NCBI GenBank assembly: GCA_016933595.1
Contig: JAFGAQ010000024.1
Coordinates: forward strand, 1 to 46,925
DNA from: Opitutales bacterium
Lineage (GTDB): Bacteria; Verrucomicrobiota; Verrucomicrobiia; Opitutales; JAFGAQ01
Length of the DNA stretch: 46,925 nucleotides
Direction: 5' to 3'
The notes beneath the pieces are model-generated. The model saw nothing but the letters and a program-made list of their open reading frames with translations. It did not search any database and was not told the DNA's origin. Positions 46,388 through 46,925 of this stretch are shown in pieces (positions within the stretch are counted from its first letter, which is position 1; the number at the start of each line of letters is the position of its first letter). Both the position numbers and the translations under genes were made by a program.

Positions 46388-46462
46388 TCACTCTCCCGTG
46401 GCGTTTTGTTGTTGCAGCGGTTAATTCCCCTTCGCGTTTCGAATTCTTCCCAAAACCCAACC

Positions 46463-46517
46463 CCGTAGCGGAATGCGTGTGCATTCCGAAGCAGCGTGAT
46501 CCTGAAGTGACGCACGG
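46463..46517. repeat. Mosaic palindromic repeat, locus D (single forward unit plus conserved spacer)
   Basis: CCGTAGCGGAATGCGTGTGCATTCCGAAGCAGCGTGATCCTGAAGTGACGCACGG matches module a of loci A-C. Confidence 0.8.
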
Positions 46518-46925
46518 TTGCCGCTTGGAGAATGAATGCGCGCTGCCGTCATGCCGTTTGGTTCGGGGCAATGTCCGGAATCCCCGCAATGCCGTGGCCG
46601 TGGGTGTTCGGTTGTGGATGGAATATCCGCATGGCTGGTATTGGGTCGGACCTTCAGCCCTCACGGGTTATGCCTATCCCGGGGCGATGCCCCGGGCAGG
46701 TATGGTGACGCGCCGTTGGCACTTGGAGAATGAACGCGTGCTGCGGTCATGCCGTTTGGTTCGGGGCAATGTCCGGAATCCCCGCAATGCCGTGGCCGTG
46801 GGTGTTCGGTTGTGGTTGGAATATCCGCATGTGTGTGGTATTGGGTCGGGCCTATAGCCCTCACGGGTTATGGGGGGACGAATCCCTGGGGCGATACCCC
46901 GGGCTGGTATAAGGCCGCGCCGTTG
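46518..46925. repeat. Tandem repeat, ~198-207-bp period, two copies plus the start of a third at the window edge
   Basis: A 70-nt stretch GTCATGCCGTTTGGTTCGGGGCAATGTCCGGAATCCCCGCAATGCCGTGGCCGTGGGTGTTCGGTTGTGG is identical at 46548-46617 and 46746-46815 (offset 198). CGCCGTTG recurs at 46711 and 46918. Each unit ends with a module-c-like TGGGTCGGxCCTxxAGCCCTCACGGGTTATG and a GC hairpin (CCCGGGGC-GAT-GCCCCGGG). Confidence 0.85.

Noticed and set aside
46477-46857. 126-aa ORF spanning the tandem repeat, plus overlapping ORFs at 46353-46664, 46536-46733, 46661-46864 and 46730-46912
   Set aside because: The frame stays open only because the identical repeat block has a period divisible by 3. The peptide is R/C/W/G-rich with no protein-like pattern, and ORFs are open on both strands and in several frames. 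This is typical of GC-rich repeats rather than genes.
46518-46925. Possible CRISPR array at the right edge
   Set aside because: The period is ~200 bp with near-complete identity across the whole unit. There is no alternation of short (28-37 nt) repeats with unique spacers, and no cas genes are in the window.
1-46925. Search for tRNA, rRNA, riboswitch, integrase, transposase, reverse transcriptase or cas-like sequences
   Set aside because: No T-loop/acceptor-type cloverleaf, rRNA-like conserved stretch or recognisable mobile-element or defence enzyme motif was seen in any frame. Absence by eye is not proof; tRNAscan-SE, Infernal and HMM scans would be decisive.

Overview
This 46.9-kb chromosomal segment comes from a moderately GC-rich Gram-negative. 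It is probably a Verrucomicrobiota/PVC-type organism, inferred from the TonB-dependent receptor N-terminus (FELSPFEI-type plug lead-in), a GH-rich locus with no SusD gene, and weak Shine-Dalgarno signals. I recognised no rRNA, tRNA, CRISPR array, integrase or transposase. Left part (1-12.4 kb): a tamB-like/Omp85 pair with overlapping stop/start, an intact family-B DNA polymerase, and a very large propeller/Y_Y_Y hybrid sensor kinase with no DNA-binding output. The rest (12.5-46.3 kb) is a polysaccharide-utilisation region whose content points to rhamnose/galactose/uronate-containing pectic or arabinogalactan-type glycans. It holds two LacI regulators, a tandem GH43, a PL22-like propeller, GH3, GH105, a GH35-like enzyme, GH115, a GH112 phosphorylase, a Kelch-propeller::Na+/solute symporter fusion, a 902-aa Tat-exported protein I cannot assign to a family, L-rhamnose mutarotase, a TIM-barrel sugar-phosphate isomerase/epimerase, a long GH88/105-like protein and a 1228-aa TonB-dependent receptor. 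At 21.8-24.6 kb the locus is interrupted by a visibly AT-richer three-gene islet: a GNAT acetyltransferase, a 4-bp-overlapping small protein with an RNxxxH (HEPN-like) motif, and an HSL-type esterase. The most unusual non-coding signal is a mosaic repeat family in the intergenic gaps (about 21.4, 26.2, 29.0, 31.7 and 46.5 kb). It is built from inverted doublets of a ~24-nt palindromic unit (REPIN/BIME-like), and at the right edge it includes a ~200-bp tandem repeat that runs off the window. A 13-bp palindromic motif (consensus nnTkAC-N-GTmAGA) recurs upstream of several operons and is a candidate operator. All functional calls come from motif and family recognition by eye; no database search was possible.
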